The translations under genes and the position numbers were made by a program. 46,285 nt of DNA from the IMG/VR virus record IMGVR_UViG_3300025131_000004. The stretch is one strand, 5' to 3'. Positions 10,299 to 19,510 of this stretch are shown piece by piece. This DNA comes from a virus (taxonomy: Duplodnaviria; Heunggongvirae; Uroviricota; Caudoviricetes). The first letter of the stretch is position 1. Each line of letters opens with the position of its first letter. A model generated the notes under the pieces. The model saw nothing but the letters and a program-made list of their open reading frames with translations. It made no database searches and was not told the origin of the DNA.

Positions 10299-13271
10299 AT
10301 GTCAGGTCTTCGAAGACTCGCCAGTACCGCAACAATGAGAAAGGTGGGCACACGTGCCCCGCTCCAGTCAACCGATTGGAACACCGCCATCTCTGAGATC
10401 CTTAGCACAATCAGTGCCCTCTCAGTAGAGTGGAACACAAACCTACAGCCGATCGTCGACTCTCTCCCTCAAGGGACTAGAAGGATTGCCTTGGCAAACA
10501 GGCAGGCAGTTCCTGATCCTGTAGTGAATGGCCTTGATGGTGACAATGTCTACATGGACATCGTCGCCTCGACCACACGAGACGAAGGCCTCTTCTGGCA
10601 CAGCACCCTTGCTCGTCCCAGGACAGTAAAGGAATCTGTACTTGAGATTCGCAACCAGATGCTTACCGTCCTTGGTGACCTGGAAGCACAGATCGTCAAC
10701 ATCGATGAGAACAACGGGCTGACAGATGCTCAGAAAGCTCGCATCGGTATCAACATCTTTGATCCTCTGCAGGGCAACGCCGCAAACTCCAATGAGGGCC
10801 GTTCTGTTCTGAATCAAGCCAATCTAAATCAACTTGCAGCAGACTGTTACGCTGTTGGTAGAAATATTGGCGATCCACTTAACGGCGCAGACTATGGCTT
10901 CGATGGAGACGGGGCGGGAGACTTCGCAGAGTCACTATATGAACGCATCCTGGCAAACAATGCTGCTATCGCAGCTCTTGGCGCAATCACTCTAGACAAC
11001 GCTTACACCAATGGACAGGTAGCCAACGTAGACCTGCCAATTCCTTTCACGATCAACAAGGTTAATGGTCTTGATCCAGACACGGTGCTTATCACGAACG
11101 CCTTGGCAGATGCGACAGAAGGTCTGCGTATCTCCAGAACAAATGCAGGTGCAGGTGGTTACGCTCTACATGTAGATGATGGAATCTCACTCTTTGATGA
11201 CACAGTTGAAATGCTTCTCAGCTCTGCAGCAGCGGCGTACAGAGGCATTCAGATTGACTATACGAAGACAGGAGCGACCGGTGGTCCCAACTCTGCAATC
11301 TTCTCAGAGATCAATCACACAGGTACGGGCACAGGCTTTACGTCCGCATTAGTAGCGAACATACCTGCTGGATTTACAAACAATTCATCCAACCCAATCG
11401 GTCTTTGGATTGACTCTCAGCACGACTCGACAGCGGACGGCTGGGGTGTTCTTAACCAGTTCGCCACAAGCAACCTGACTGGAAACCCGACCAGCCATGT
11501 CTTCTACGAGGCTGACCTTACACATGACGATGCAAGCGGCCCAACAAACATCAAGGCGTTCTACTTCGACATTGATCACCAGGCGGGCGCTCGTACAGTC
11601 ACAGAGATGGACGGCTTCCACTTTGATGGTGCGGCAGAGCTTGATGCTACGGTCACAGACTTCAGAGGTATACGTGGTGACATCGGATCAGGTTCAGGCG
11701 GAACAGTAACAAATCTCTATGGTCTTTACTTCGATCTTGATGCCAGCAACCTTGGTTCGACTATCACAAGAGGTATGCATCTTGATCTGACAGCGTTCGG
11801 ACAGGGCATCTTCCTTGACCATAACGGTACTGTTGGTGGTACTGGGTGGCATGGCTATGAACTAGACGCAGATGTGACTGTCGCCGCCCAGGATTATTAC
11901 GGGCAAAGATTCAATGTAAACTTCACACAGGGAGCAGGTGGGCCAGCAAGTGTATATGGCTCTCGGATCACAGCGGTCGATGGCAACCATGTAGACAACT
12001 CAACTACTCTTTATGGGTATCGCTTCGATTACAACCATACTGATGCCTCTAACAGACCAACTACTGTCGAGGCCTTCTCAGCTGGCCTTGATGGACAGGC
12101 AGCCGCCGCAGCGGGCGGCTCCTTCTATGGCTTCAGATCAGTCATCGCAAACGATTCGGATCTCACCGCATGGTACGGCGCCTCTGTAGAGACAGACTCT
12201 GCCGGAGCCATCGACGTATCTGGAAACCTTTATGGATATTATGCCCTCATCGATCTCTCTGGTGCAGCGACAAAGCCTACAGATGCACACGGTATGCGTC
12301 TTGACCTGACCTCAGTAGAGCAGGGTGCATGGATCGACATGAACGGTGTCGTTCCTGTCGGCGGAGACCAATGGACAGGACTTACAGTCAACTCTGGCGG
12401 TATCGATGTCAATACGAATGACAATCAAATCTATCGTGGTATCCATATTGATCAAACAGGTATCACAACAAATGCAGAGCCAGACAACGAAAGAGTAATC
12501 GGCCTTGAGATCACAATGCCTACGGGCACCTCTCAAGGTATTGTGTTTGGTAACGACAATGAGGTAGACATCGGTCGACCTGCCGGAGCTCCTAACAGGA
12601 AGCGTCCTCGCACCATCTATGCAGCCACCTCAGTAGTCATCGCAGCGACGATGGCTATCGATACGAACTCTATTACAGGATCTGGTACGTCTACGTTTGG
12701 CGTAGCCGCAGGTGCCTTTGATCTTGTTCTCAAGATGGGTGATGCGGCAGGTGCTCAGAAGACCAGCTTCACAGACAGTGCAGACGCAGAGGTCGCGAGT
12801 CTAGACTCGAACGGCAACTTCACTTATAGTGGACATAAGGACACACAGGTCTTTGTTGTCAACAACTTTACATACCCCGCTCCGGCAACAGAGTGGAAGC
12901 CAGAGCTGGACGGAGCCAAGCTGTCAGCCTCTCAGGCGACAAAGATCGTCTATATCCCACTGCCCTTCTTGAAGGTCGGAGATGAGATCGTAAGATACGC
13001 CCTCCTGGGAGATGCCACAGAGATAACAGCCCTGACTTTGGACTGCGTGTTGAAGGTGATTACAAGGGCGAATCCGATCACAAACGCCTCCCCCGCCGGG
13101 GGCGCCATCGCTCAGATTGCAGTGGATGGTGACTTTGATGTCACTGCCTCGCTAGGTGGTGTTGAAACCGTTGCGCTTAATAAGATGTACGTTCTTGAGA
13201 TTACGGGGACTACAGGCACGGGAGACGCCATCACCGTGATGGGAGCAGAAGTCACCGTGAATAGGAAGTAA
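10299..13271 (+). CDS. Putative tail fibre / receptor-binding protein (990 aa)
   Basis: SD AAGGAG upstream; helical N-terminus, then a long G/T/D/N-rich region with recurrent YGxxxD beta-helix-like units and a compact C-terminal domain. Confidence 0.65.
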   Translation: MSGLRRLASTATMRKVGTRAPLQSTDWNTAISEILSTISALSVEWNTNLQPIVDSLPQGTRRIALANRQAVPDPVVNGLDGDNVYMDIVASTTRDEGLFWHSTLARPRTVKESVLEIRNQMLTVLGDLEAQIVNIDENNGLTDAQKARIGINIFDPLQGNAANSNEGRSVLNQANLNQLAADCYAVGRNIGDPLNGADYGFDGDGAGDFAESLYERILANNAAIAALGAITLDNAYTNGQVANVDLPIPFTINKVNGLDPDTVLITNALADATEGLRISRTNAGAGGYALHVDDGISLFDDTVEMLLSSAAAAYRGIQIDYTKTGATGGPNSAIFSEINHTGTGTGFTSALVANIPAGFTNNSSNPIGLWIDSQHDSTADGWGVLNQFATSNLTGNPTSHVFYEADLTHDDASGPTNIKAFYFDIDHQAGARTVTEMDGFHFDGAAELDATVTDFRGIRGDIGSGSGGTVTNLYGLYFDLDASNLGSTITRGMHLDLTAFGQGIFLDHNGTVGGTGWHGYELDADVTVAAQDYYGQRFNVNFTQGAGGPASVYGSRITAVDGNHVDNSTTLYGYRFDYNHTDASNRPTTVEAFSAGLDGQAAAAAGGSFYGFRSVIANDSDLTAWYGASVETDSAGAIDVSGNLYGYYALIDLSGAATKPTDAHGMRLDLTSVEQGAWIDMNGVVPVGGDQWTGLTVNSGGIDVNTNDNQIYRGIHIDQTGITTNAEPDNERVIGLEITMPTGTSQGIVFGNDNEVDIGRPAGAPNRKRPRTIYAATSVVIAATMAIDTNSITGSGTSTFGVAAGAFDLVLKMGDAAGAQKTSFTDSADAEVASLDSNGNFTYSGHKDTQVFVVNNFTYPAPATEWKPELDGAKLSASQATKIVYIPLPFLKVGDEIVRYALLGDATEITALTLDCVLKVITRANPITNASPAGGAIAQIAVDGDFDVTASLGGVETVALNKMYVLEITGTTGTGDAITVMGAEVTVNRK

Positions 13272-13281
13272 GAAGGAAATT

Positions 13282-13626
13282 ATGAGAACTAGAAACATAT
13301 TGAACAAATGGCTTAACAAGAGGTCATGGAATGACAAGCATGTCAAAAAGATCTTGAGAGGAGCACCGGAAGCGGCACATAATCCTATTCCAGAAGCCCC
13401 TCCACAACCAGCGGCAAAGCCAGAACCCAAACCAGAGCAGCTAGAGCTTTTTGTTGAAGAGATTCAACCTCCTGCTCCCGAACCAGAACCGGAAGAGGTG
13501 AAGGTTGAGCCTGTTATTGAAGAGGTGAAGGCAGAGAGAAAGAAGAGTACTCGAAGAAAGAGGAAGCCTGCTCCTGCCCCAAAGTCAGAAAAGTTGGCTA
13601 AGGAAACCTCCGAACCACAGGAGTAA
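13282..13626 (+). CDS. Hypothetical Pro/Glu-rich, Lys-rich low-complexity protein
   Basis: SD AAGGA; PEPKPE/PEPEPEE tracts and a basic RKKSTRRKRK patch. Confidence 0.6.
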   Translation: MRTRNILNKWLNKRSWNDKHVKKILRGAPEAAHNPIPEAPPQPAAKPEPKPEQLELFVEEIQPPAPEPEPEEVKVEPVIEEVKAERKKSTRRKRKPAPAPKSEKLAKETSEPQE

Positions 13627-13629
13627 ATC

Positions 13630-14019
13630 ATGTCTGAGCTCGACAAGAAGAGCAGATTGCTATCGTTCGTCAAGAACTTTTGGGATGTAGGAAAAATCGT
13701 ATTCATCATTATGTGCTTCATCGGCGCGACCGCCTTGGGCTTCGCAGACGAGAGATACGTACCCAGAACAGAGAACGATTCTTATGTTGAAACCCAAGAA
13801 GAGATAGTGAATGAGCTCTTGACGACTCAGGCAGACGACCATGACAAGGTTGATGCCATTCACTGTGCCACTGTTGACCAGGGCAGCCCCACAGCCTTTG
13901 GCGAGTGCGTGGGAAAGAATGGAAAGAAGGTAAGAGACCTGGTCAAGTATGATCGATCTAAGATCGACAGTCTCATCGGAAAAGTAAGAGAACAACGCAA
14001 GAAATTGAGAGGAAAATAA
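13630..14019 (+). CDS. Hypothetical single-pass membrane protein
   Basis: SD GGAG; hydrophobic IVFIIMCFIGATALGF segment followed by a charged helical region. Confidence 0.6.
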   Translation: MSELDKKSRLLSFVKNFWDVGKIVFIIMCFIGATALGFADERYVPRTENDSYVETQEEIVNELLTTQADDHDKVDAIHCATVDQGSPTAFGECVGKNGKKVRDLVKYDRSKIDSLIGKVREQRKKLRGK

Positions 14020-14192
14020 TGGCAGTGCTCCTCAATGACATGGCATTCATGCTCTTTAGACGTGATCCTATGGCTCCACAAGTTCATTCAGTGGTAGCTG
14101 TTTGGTCTTCACGTGCTTTGGCACAGGCAGACCTTGACGGACGTACTGACGGAGCCAACTATTTTATAGTTGGGCTGCCGGCAGCAGGATAG
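14019..14192 (+). CDS. Small hypothetical protein (57 aa, not in the ORF track)
   Basis: ATG overlaps the upstream TAA (TAATG); reads MAVLLNDMAFMLFRRDP...GLPAAG to TAG at 14190-14192. Confidence 0.6.
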   Translation: MAVLLNDMAFMLFRRDPMAPQVHSVVAVWSSRALAQADLDGRTDGANYFIVGLPAAG

Positions 14193-14256
14193 ATGCCACA
14201 AGACAAACCCCCTAACAGTAAACAGACTACTCCTAGTTTCATAAAGAGGTCTTAAA

Positions 14257-14616
14257 ATGTTTAGCGGGATTGCACCTCTACAGTACAAAGTCATATATCA
14301 TGATGAAATCAAGAGAATTTCTTACGGTGGGTATGAATTCAGAGCTCGACAAGTCTTTCATGCGACTGATATGCAACATCGTTGTATGACAGGAGCTATC
14401 ATCACTGCTGCAACTACAGCCAAAGACCTGGCAAAGATGACAGGGGCATGGACTGGAACTCTTAAGATCAAGGCAGACACCCCAGACAAGGGGCTGTGGG
14501 AAATAGAGATGTCTAGTGCAAGGCTTGCCCAGGTAGACTACTCGGTAATTTGGTTCAACTCACCTGCAATCGCCACCTACCATATCTTACAGAAACCACA
14601 AAAAAGAAGAAGGTGA
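14257..14616 (+). CDS. Hypothetical protein (119 aa)
   Basis: AGAGG SD-like sequence upstream; fills the operon gap. Confidence 0.55.
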   Translation: MFSGIAPLQYKVIYHDEIKRISYGGYEFRARQVFHATDMQHRCMTGAIITAATTAKDLAKMTGAWTGTLKIKADTPDKGLWEIEMSSARLAQVDYSVIWFNSPAIATYHILQKPQKRRR

Positions 14617-14623
14617 GGTAGAT

Positions 14624-14887
14624 ATGAAAGATGCTGGATACCACGATGGGTACAAGAGTAGAAAGTGGTGGGGACTTATTCTTTCGATGGCTATGCTTGT
14701 ATGGGGAGCGGTGAAGCTGACTCTACCCTTCTATTCTATCTTTGCGACAGCAATAGTAAGCTTGTATACTCTCTTTAGTGGATTCAATCTTGGTGAAAAG
14801 GTATTGGGTTCAGGTGGGCTGTTGAATGGGCTAGGTATAGTCAAGAACAATCCAGAAGACACTGCAGGAGATGAGGAAGAGATATAA
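14624..14887 (+). CDS. Putative holin
   Basis: 87 aa; KSRKWW motif followed by two hydrophobic helices and an acidic tail; SD GAGGT; near the end of the late operon. Confidence 0.6.
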   Translation: MKDAGYHDGYKSRKWWGLILSMAMLVWGAVKLTLPFYSIFATAIVSLYTLFSGFNLGEKVLGSGGLLNGLGIVKNNPEDTAGDEEEI

Positions 14888-15108
14888 TGACAACACCTAA
14901 TTCCAACGCTGAGTTACAGGCACGCGCAGACCTTACCGATATTGCTATCGACAAGATCTATGACGCACTCAACAACATGGTATCTGTTACAACCTTGAAT
15001 GCTGCCGTCCTGGCACTTCAGGTACAGATTGACAACATCAATACTCAGGTGGTGACCAACACCAACAATATCACCACTCTCAACAACGCAGTGATCGCAA
15101 CCCCTTAA
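14887..15108 (+). CDS. Small coiled-coil virion protein
   Basis: Heptads LQVQIDNINTQVVTNTNNITTLNN resemble trimeric fibre coiled coils. Confidence 0.55.
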   Translation: MTTPNSNAELQARADLTDIAIDKIYDALNNMVSVTTLNAAVLALQVQIDNINTQVVTNTNNITTLNNAVIATP

Positions 15109-16085
15109 CTCTCCGGACTTGAACTGAACAAGATAGACGGAGTGGGAATGACTTGTCTGATTCTGTCAACCAGGGATGCAAAGTCTCTGAACGTGACCAA
15201 GCCGAAAGCTCCATCATACGCCTTGAACTTCTTAACCTTACGAAGAACATCGCATTTGGAGATGGTCAGGTGTGTTACACCATTCACTCTACATGCTCTC
15301 TTCAGACGCTCTAGATCTAACCAATCGGTCTGTCTGAGTCTTCCGGTCGTATTGCCTCTCTCATTGCCAAACTCTGCAAGTTCTGCAAGCGCCGGGTCAG
15401 CAGGTTGAAACTCTTTGAACCCTGAATAGGTTCTGTAGATCTTTGCCGCTCCATGCACTGCTTGGATGCCCTGTGGGGGAATGCCAACGCTAAGAGCGCC
15501 AGCGACAGTGCAGTCAGAGGAAGTGACAAAAGGATAGTCTCCCCAGTTGATGTCGATGTCATAACCCTGTGCTCCCTGTAGAAGGACGTGTGAGCCCCAT
15601 AAGATGTCGTAAGGGTCTACGACCAGACTCTTCAGTTCGGGCACGTCCTGTGCCCTTCTAGCCACCTTTAAAGCCCTATCCCTGTAAGCCTGGCGAATGC
15701 CTTGGCTTGTAGAGCCGATTTTGTCTGTAGCTATATCTTCTTCGATATGGGATGGTTCGATGATACAAGCGTTATATGCGACCCTGACCGTTGCGTCTGG
15801 AAACTGTTCCATCTCCTTTAACAACTTGATAGGATTTACCACACACTGAGGTCCAAGAAGAGAAGGTACTCCCTCAAGCACCCCTACTGGGAGCTGATGA
15901 AGTACCTTCTTCTTTCCTTTTTGAACAACCATGCCTCCTGCATTCGGTCCACCGTTGAATCTGGCAACGAGGTGGAATTTTGGATCATGTTTGTTGGTAT
16001 TGCTCCGTTTGAGCAGTGTGTGGGCCACCTTGGCCTTGGATTCGTCACCCGCTTGGAGTCCTAAGACTACCTCTGCGGTTGTCAT
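15105..16085 (-). CDS. purA: Divergent adenylosuccinate synthetase (PurA family, short form)
   Basis: Motifs LGLQAGDESKAK, RFNGGPNAG, IGSTSQGI, GAQG, YPFVTSS, TTGRLR, WLD, SKCDVL. Key residues are altered (see findings). Confidence 0.88.
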   Translation of the reverse strand: MTTAEVVLGLQAGDESKAKVAHTLLKRSNTNKHDPKFHLVARFNGGPNAGGMVVQKGKKKVLHQLPVGVLEGVPSLLGPQCVVNPIKLLKEMEQFPDATVRVAYNACIIEPSHIEEDIATDKIGSTSQGIRQAYRDRALKVARRAQDVPELKSLVVDPYDILWGSHVLLQGAQGYDIDINWGDYPFVTSSDCTVAGALSVGIPPQGIQAVHGAAKIYRTYSGFKEFQPADPALAELAEFGNERGNTTGRLRQTDWLDLERLKRACRVNGVTHLTISKCDVLRKVKKFKAYDGAFGLVTFRDFASLVDRIRQVIPTPSILFSSSPES

Positions 16086-16370
16086 TTAGCGCATCGCTTC
16101 ATCAGGAAGTTCTTCGAACTTCTCTGTTGTAGTTGCAGCCGCCTTCTTTGCACGACCCTTCTTCTTGGGTGGTGTGACGACCACTGGCTCTTCGACAGGA
16201 TCTTCTTCGTCCAACGCACCCAAGAAAGTCTGAAAGGTTGTGAGAAGCACTCTCTGCTTACTGAGCTCCTTTCCATCTGGTCCGGTGAGGAAGTTTGCAC
16301 TCCTCCAATTATGTCCCTCGGCTTCCGCCCAGGCGATTGTAAGTAGTCCAGCTACTAAATCCTTATTCAT
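16086..16370 (-). CDS. Hypothetical protein (94 aa)
   Basis: SD GAAGGA; tightly packed between folA and purA. Confidence 0.6.
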   Translation of the reverse strand: MNKDLVAGLLTIAWAEAEGHNWRSANFLTGPDGKELSKQRVLLTTFQTFLGALDEEDPVEEPVVVTPPKKKGRAKKAAATTTEKFEELPDEAMR

Positions 16371-16851
16371 TATTCCTTCTCCTATATTTTACGAATTTGA
16401 TCACAGGACCTTGTCCATTATGAACAGGCATGATGGGTTCGTCATCGACTTTCCACTGTAACCAGTCTATCGCGGGAAACATTGTATCACCTTCATATGT
16501 TTTAAGTACATGGGTGAGGTATAGATTGTCAGCAAATGGTAGAAAACGTCTATAGATTTCACTACCACCTATAACCCAGATGGACTCCTTACTTAAGACA
16601 GACCACGCTATTATTTCATCGAGATTTTCTTTGACTGTGACACGGATATCTTTAAGAGTTCTTGAAACCACGATATTAGCTCTGTTTCGCAACGGTTCGC
16701 CGATGCTTTCGAACGTTCTGCGTCCCATAATGACACAATGTCCAGTGGTGAGGTTCTTAAATCTTCTAAGGTCCTGCTTTGCTGTCCATGGGATTCCGCC
16801 ATTGTTTCCTATCACTCCGTTTAGTGACACCGCTGCAATGATGTTGATCAT
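16363..16851 (-). CDS. folA: Dihydrofolate reductase
   Basis: [49 protein letters not shown]. Confidence 0.97.
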   Translation of the reverse strand: MINIIAAVSLNGVIGNNGGIPWTAKQDLRRFKNLTTGHCVIMGRRTFESIGEPLRNRANIVVSRTLKDIRVTVKENLDEIIAWSVLSKESIWVIGGSEIYRRFLPFADNLYLTHVLKTYEGDTMFPAIDWLQWKVDDEPIMPVHNGQGPVIKFVKYRRRNNE

Positions 16852-17726
16852 ACCGCCACTTTAGCCTTGATACGTGGGTGAGGATCGTAATCAAGCAATA
16901 TGACATCACCTGCAGTGAAGTCATTGATGTTATCAATGCCAGGGCTTAGTCTGACAGTGGGTAGTTTTCTGGGTTCTCTGCTTAGTTGTAGTTTAGCTTG
17001 CTCTGTATGATTAGAGTAAAGATGTACATCACCAAATGTGTGTACAAAATCTCCAGCTTCATAACCAGTGACCTGTGCCACCATCATGAGCAAGAGAGAG
17101 TACGAAGCGATGTTGAAGGGTACGCCCAGGAAGATGTCAGCGCTCCTCTGATAGAGCTGCAGGTCTATCTTTCCTTCTTCTGGTCGGACGTAGAATTGAA
17201 ATAGTGTGTGACATGGCGGTAGCGCCATTTGATCCACTTCTCCTGGATTCCACGCACTAACGATATGACGCCTCGATAGAGGATTGTCTTTAATTTGTTG
17301 AATAACTTGCGCAATCTGATCTACTCCTGGAGTGTATTCTCTTTTAGAGTACATCTCACCGTATGGTGTCATCTCTGCGATGCTTCTGATTTTGCGTGCT
17401 CCAAAGGCTCGCCACTGATGACCATATACTGGTCCTAATTCCCCATACTCATTCGCCCACTCATTCCAAATCTTGACACCGTTGTCTCTCAGGTACTTCG
17501 TGTTGGTACTACCGCTCAAGAACCAAATAAGCTCATGGACTACAGATTTCCAGTGTACCTTCTTCGTGGTAAGGAGAGGAAAGCTCTCATGGACATCCCT
17601 GTGTCTGCTTTGAGCACCAAAGATAGAGTAGGTTCCTGTTCCTGTTCTGTCTTTTCTGATTGGATCAAGTTGAGCCTTGGAGGCTAAAGTGTCTAACAGC
17701 TCTAGGTAGGATTGTTCTGAATGCAT
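16848..17726 (-). CDS. thyA: Thymidylate synthase
   Basis: [51 protein letters not shown]. Confidence 0.98.
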   Translation of the reverse strand: MHSEQSYLELLDTLASKAQLDPIRKDRTGTGTYSIFGAQSRHRDVHESFPLLTTKKVHWKSVVHELIWFLSGSTNTKYLRDNGVKIWNEWANEYGELGPVYGHQWRAFGARKIRSIAEMTPYGEMYSKREYTPGVDQIAQVIQQIKDNPLSRRHIVSAWNPGEVDQMALPPCHTLFQFYVRPEEGKIDLQLYQRSADIFLGVPFNIASYSLLLMMVAQVTGYEAGDFVHTFGDVHLYSNHTEQAKLQLSREPRKLPTVRLSPGIDNINDFTAGDVILLDYDPHPRIKAKVAV

Positions 17727-18013
17727 GATAGGTAAACTATCTCCTTTACATGTAGAGGTGTGGGGTCTGTGGTTTTCACAGGCCCCTCTGCCTTGTGTCC
17801 CTCAGGAAGAGGACCGTCACTCAACCAAGAGACGGAGCAGTCCGGGCACCATAGTGCCATAGGGGCTGCCCAGCCATAATGCGAAGCGGTACCAAACATC
17901 GAGGGAATATCAAAGCTCTTGACCTCACCTTTGTGATTCTCATACTGATAGTCACTCGGCCTGATCAAGTTCTGTCCTGCCGGTTTGAATGTAGGGAAGG
18001 TCAAGGTTCTCAC
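17702..18013 (-). CDS. Hypothetical protein with CxxC
   Basis: 103-aa ORF with WCPDC; coupled to its neighbours. Confidence 0.55.
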   Translation of the reverse strand: MRTLTFPTFKPAGQNLIRPSDYQYENHKGEVKSFDIPSMFGTASHYGWAAPMALWCPDCSVSWLSDGPLPEGHKAEGPVKTTDPTPLHVKEIVYLSCIQNNPT

Positions 18014-18348
18014 TAGCTGTCGTCTGCGTCTTCAAAGGGGCTAGGCGGGTTGGGGAACTCACAGATAAAGAACTCGCTGAAGCCGCCCTTTTCCCACCTC
18101 TTTCTCGTACCAGCCGCAACGATCTCGCCTGGAGTCCAGCCATTCACAAGTGCAATGGTACTAAGTACTTCCATCACATCACATAGCTCTTCTACAGAGA
18201 CACCGTCCTTTAGCTCTTGGACTTCTTCATCCAATTTCTCAAACAGAACTGCCTTCTGTTCCTTGAGGTCCGTCACCTGTCTTACTATAGGTGTCCGTCC
18301 GCTCTGTCTGATCAACTTCGGAATCAGATCCCTTACTAGTTTCTTCAT
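18013..18348 (-). CDS. MazG-like all-alpha NTP pyrophosphohydrolase
   Basis: KLVRDLIP, KLDEEVQE, EELCDVMEV, KRWEKGGF: the pattern of the house-cleaning NTP-PPase (PRA-PH-like) family. Confidence 0.88.
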   Translation of the reverse strand: MKKLVRDLIPKLIRQSGRTPIVRQVTDLKEQKAVLFEKLDEEVQELKDGVSVEELCDVMEVLSTIALVNGWTPGEIVAAGTRKRWEKGGFSEFFICEFPNPPSPFEDADDS

Positions 18349-18580
18349 TGTCTTCCTTTAAGTCCATATATTTGGTCTTCACGAATTTTTCAGTGTGTAT
18401 GCCAGGAATCAGCATGGAGTATGGCTCTGCCATGATCTCATCTATCGTGAAGCGAACTTTGCTGCTCCTCTTCACAATCTCTGGGAACTTGATGCTCTTA
18501 GGGAAGGGAGGGATGCGATTGAATAACGCATACCACTTCCATATGAACCATGACCAAGCTCTTTTCAGATAGCGCTTCAT
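18239..18580 (-). CDS. Hypothetical protein
   Basis: Fills the gap between neighbours; Trp-rich N-terminus; 3' end overlaps the next gene by 110 nt. Confidence 0.5.
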   Translation of the reverse strand: MKRYLKRAWSWFIWKWYALFNRIPPFPKSIKFPEIVKRSSKVRFTIDEIMAEPYSMLIPGIHTEKFVKTKYMDLKEDNEETSKGSDSEVDQTERTDTYSKTGDGPQGTEGSSV

Positions 18581-18586
18581 GATGTT

Positions 18587-19510
18587 TTATGCATAGCAAA
18601 GCTGCTTGAAATCACAGTAGCCACACTGCCAGTCGCCTATATCTTCTCCACGCTCCCACTTTTCGTGCTTGGCGTCTCCGACTCTGTAGTCGCTACCAAC
18701 CTCTTGCTCTCTAAGGGTGGCCATTGTCTCATTGTCGTATCTGAGTTGGAACTCTCTGTCGGGCGGAACCCCACTGGTTGTCGCTTCCACGAGCTTGGCA
18801 CGAAGGGCTCTATACCTGTCGTGTATATCTTCAAGCACAATCGTTCGATCTGGGGTTCCATCAACCTCAGCACAATGTTTGACAGTGCCGTCTTCAGTAA
18901 GAAACTGCCTAAGTTTGATATTGTACTCACGTTGCTCTCCTGTATCTCTTGCAATATATAGAAGCTTGAATCCAGCAAGCTGCTCTCTGAAATACCACAC
19001 ATAAAGCATGGTCTGCATAAGGTGAGCAAGCTTTGGATGGGGTACGATAGGAGGTTGTCCTCTCCAACGCCGACGACCCTTGATATGGTTGTTTACAGCC
19101 CAATTGCCATAGATCGACTTGACCTCTATTCCGTAATAGAAGGGTGTTCCGTCGTTGGTCACGCCCTTTGCAACGATATCCAGTTCACCAGAAAGGTTAA
19201 GCTCTGGGTCATAGAACTTGGTGCCTCTGCTTTCGTACATACCTGACTGAGTCAGGGCCTTTACCACCAGGTTTTCAGCTTCCTTGCCCAATAGGCCTCT
19301 CCAACATAGCAATTGCCCTGCGGGGTTCGTCCTTTGTAAGCCAGAGATACGATAGAACGTCTTTCTGTGACATCCACCATCAATTCTGCCATGTGGCATC
19401 ATGATGGAAGCTTCGCTGGGATAGAATGTGGGTGTCCTTGTAGCGGAAGGTATACGCGTTCGCGTCACCTGGTCGTTAATTGTTTCAATCAGATTAATAT
19501 TAGTTAGCAT
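18587..19510 (-). CDS. Cas4-like PD-(D/E)XK exonuclease with Fe-S cysteines
   Basis: PSEAS...CHRK, GELDIV, IEVKS, QTMLY and C-terminal CGYCDFKQLC. Confidence 0.85.
   Translation of the reverse strand: MLTNINLIETINDQVTRTRIPSATRTPTFYPSEASIMMPHGRIDGGCHRKTFYRISGLQRTNPAGQLLCWRGLLGKEAENLVVKALTQSGMYESRGTKFYDPELNLSGELDIVAKGVTNDGTPFYYGIEVKSIYGNWAVNNHIKGRRRWRGQPPIVPHPKLAHLMQTMLYVWYFREQLAGFKLLYIARDTGEQREYNIKLRQFLTEDGTVKHCAEVDGTPDRTIVLEDIHDRYRALRAKLVEATTSGVPPDREFQLRYDNETMATLREQEVGSDYRVGDAKHEKWERGEDIGDWQCGYCDFKQLCYA

Noticed and set aside
13085-13105. GC hairpin near the fibre 3' end as a diversity-generating retroelement signal
   Set aside because: No reverse transcriptase or template repeat is in the window, and the sequence simply encodes SPAGG.
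15105-16085. Calling the PurA homologue PurZ (2-aminoadenine genome)
   Set aside because: It retains Asp at the position where PurZ has Ser (GDE rather than GS[TE]), and no DatZ-like HD hydrolase is seen in the window.
16848-17726. ThyA as a pyrimidine hydroxymethylase
   Set aside because: The canonical PFN (dUMP-specifying Asn) and the adjacent DHFR indicate ordinary dTMP synthesis; the short insertion lies in a commonly variable loop.
18239-18348. Long same-strand 3' overlaps (also 25395-25516, 33604-33698, 41718-41839)
   Set aside because: They are explained by stop-poor alternate frames in a compact genome or by over-extended start calls; there is no evidence of dual function.
18587-19510. 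CRISPR-Cas system
   Set aside because: Only solo Cas4-like proteins are present; I saw no repeat-spacer array and no cas1 or cas2.
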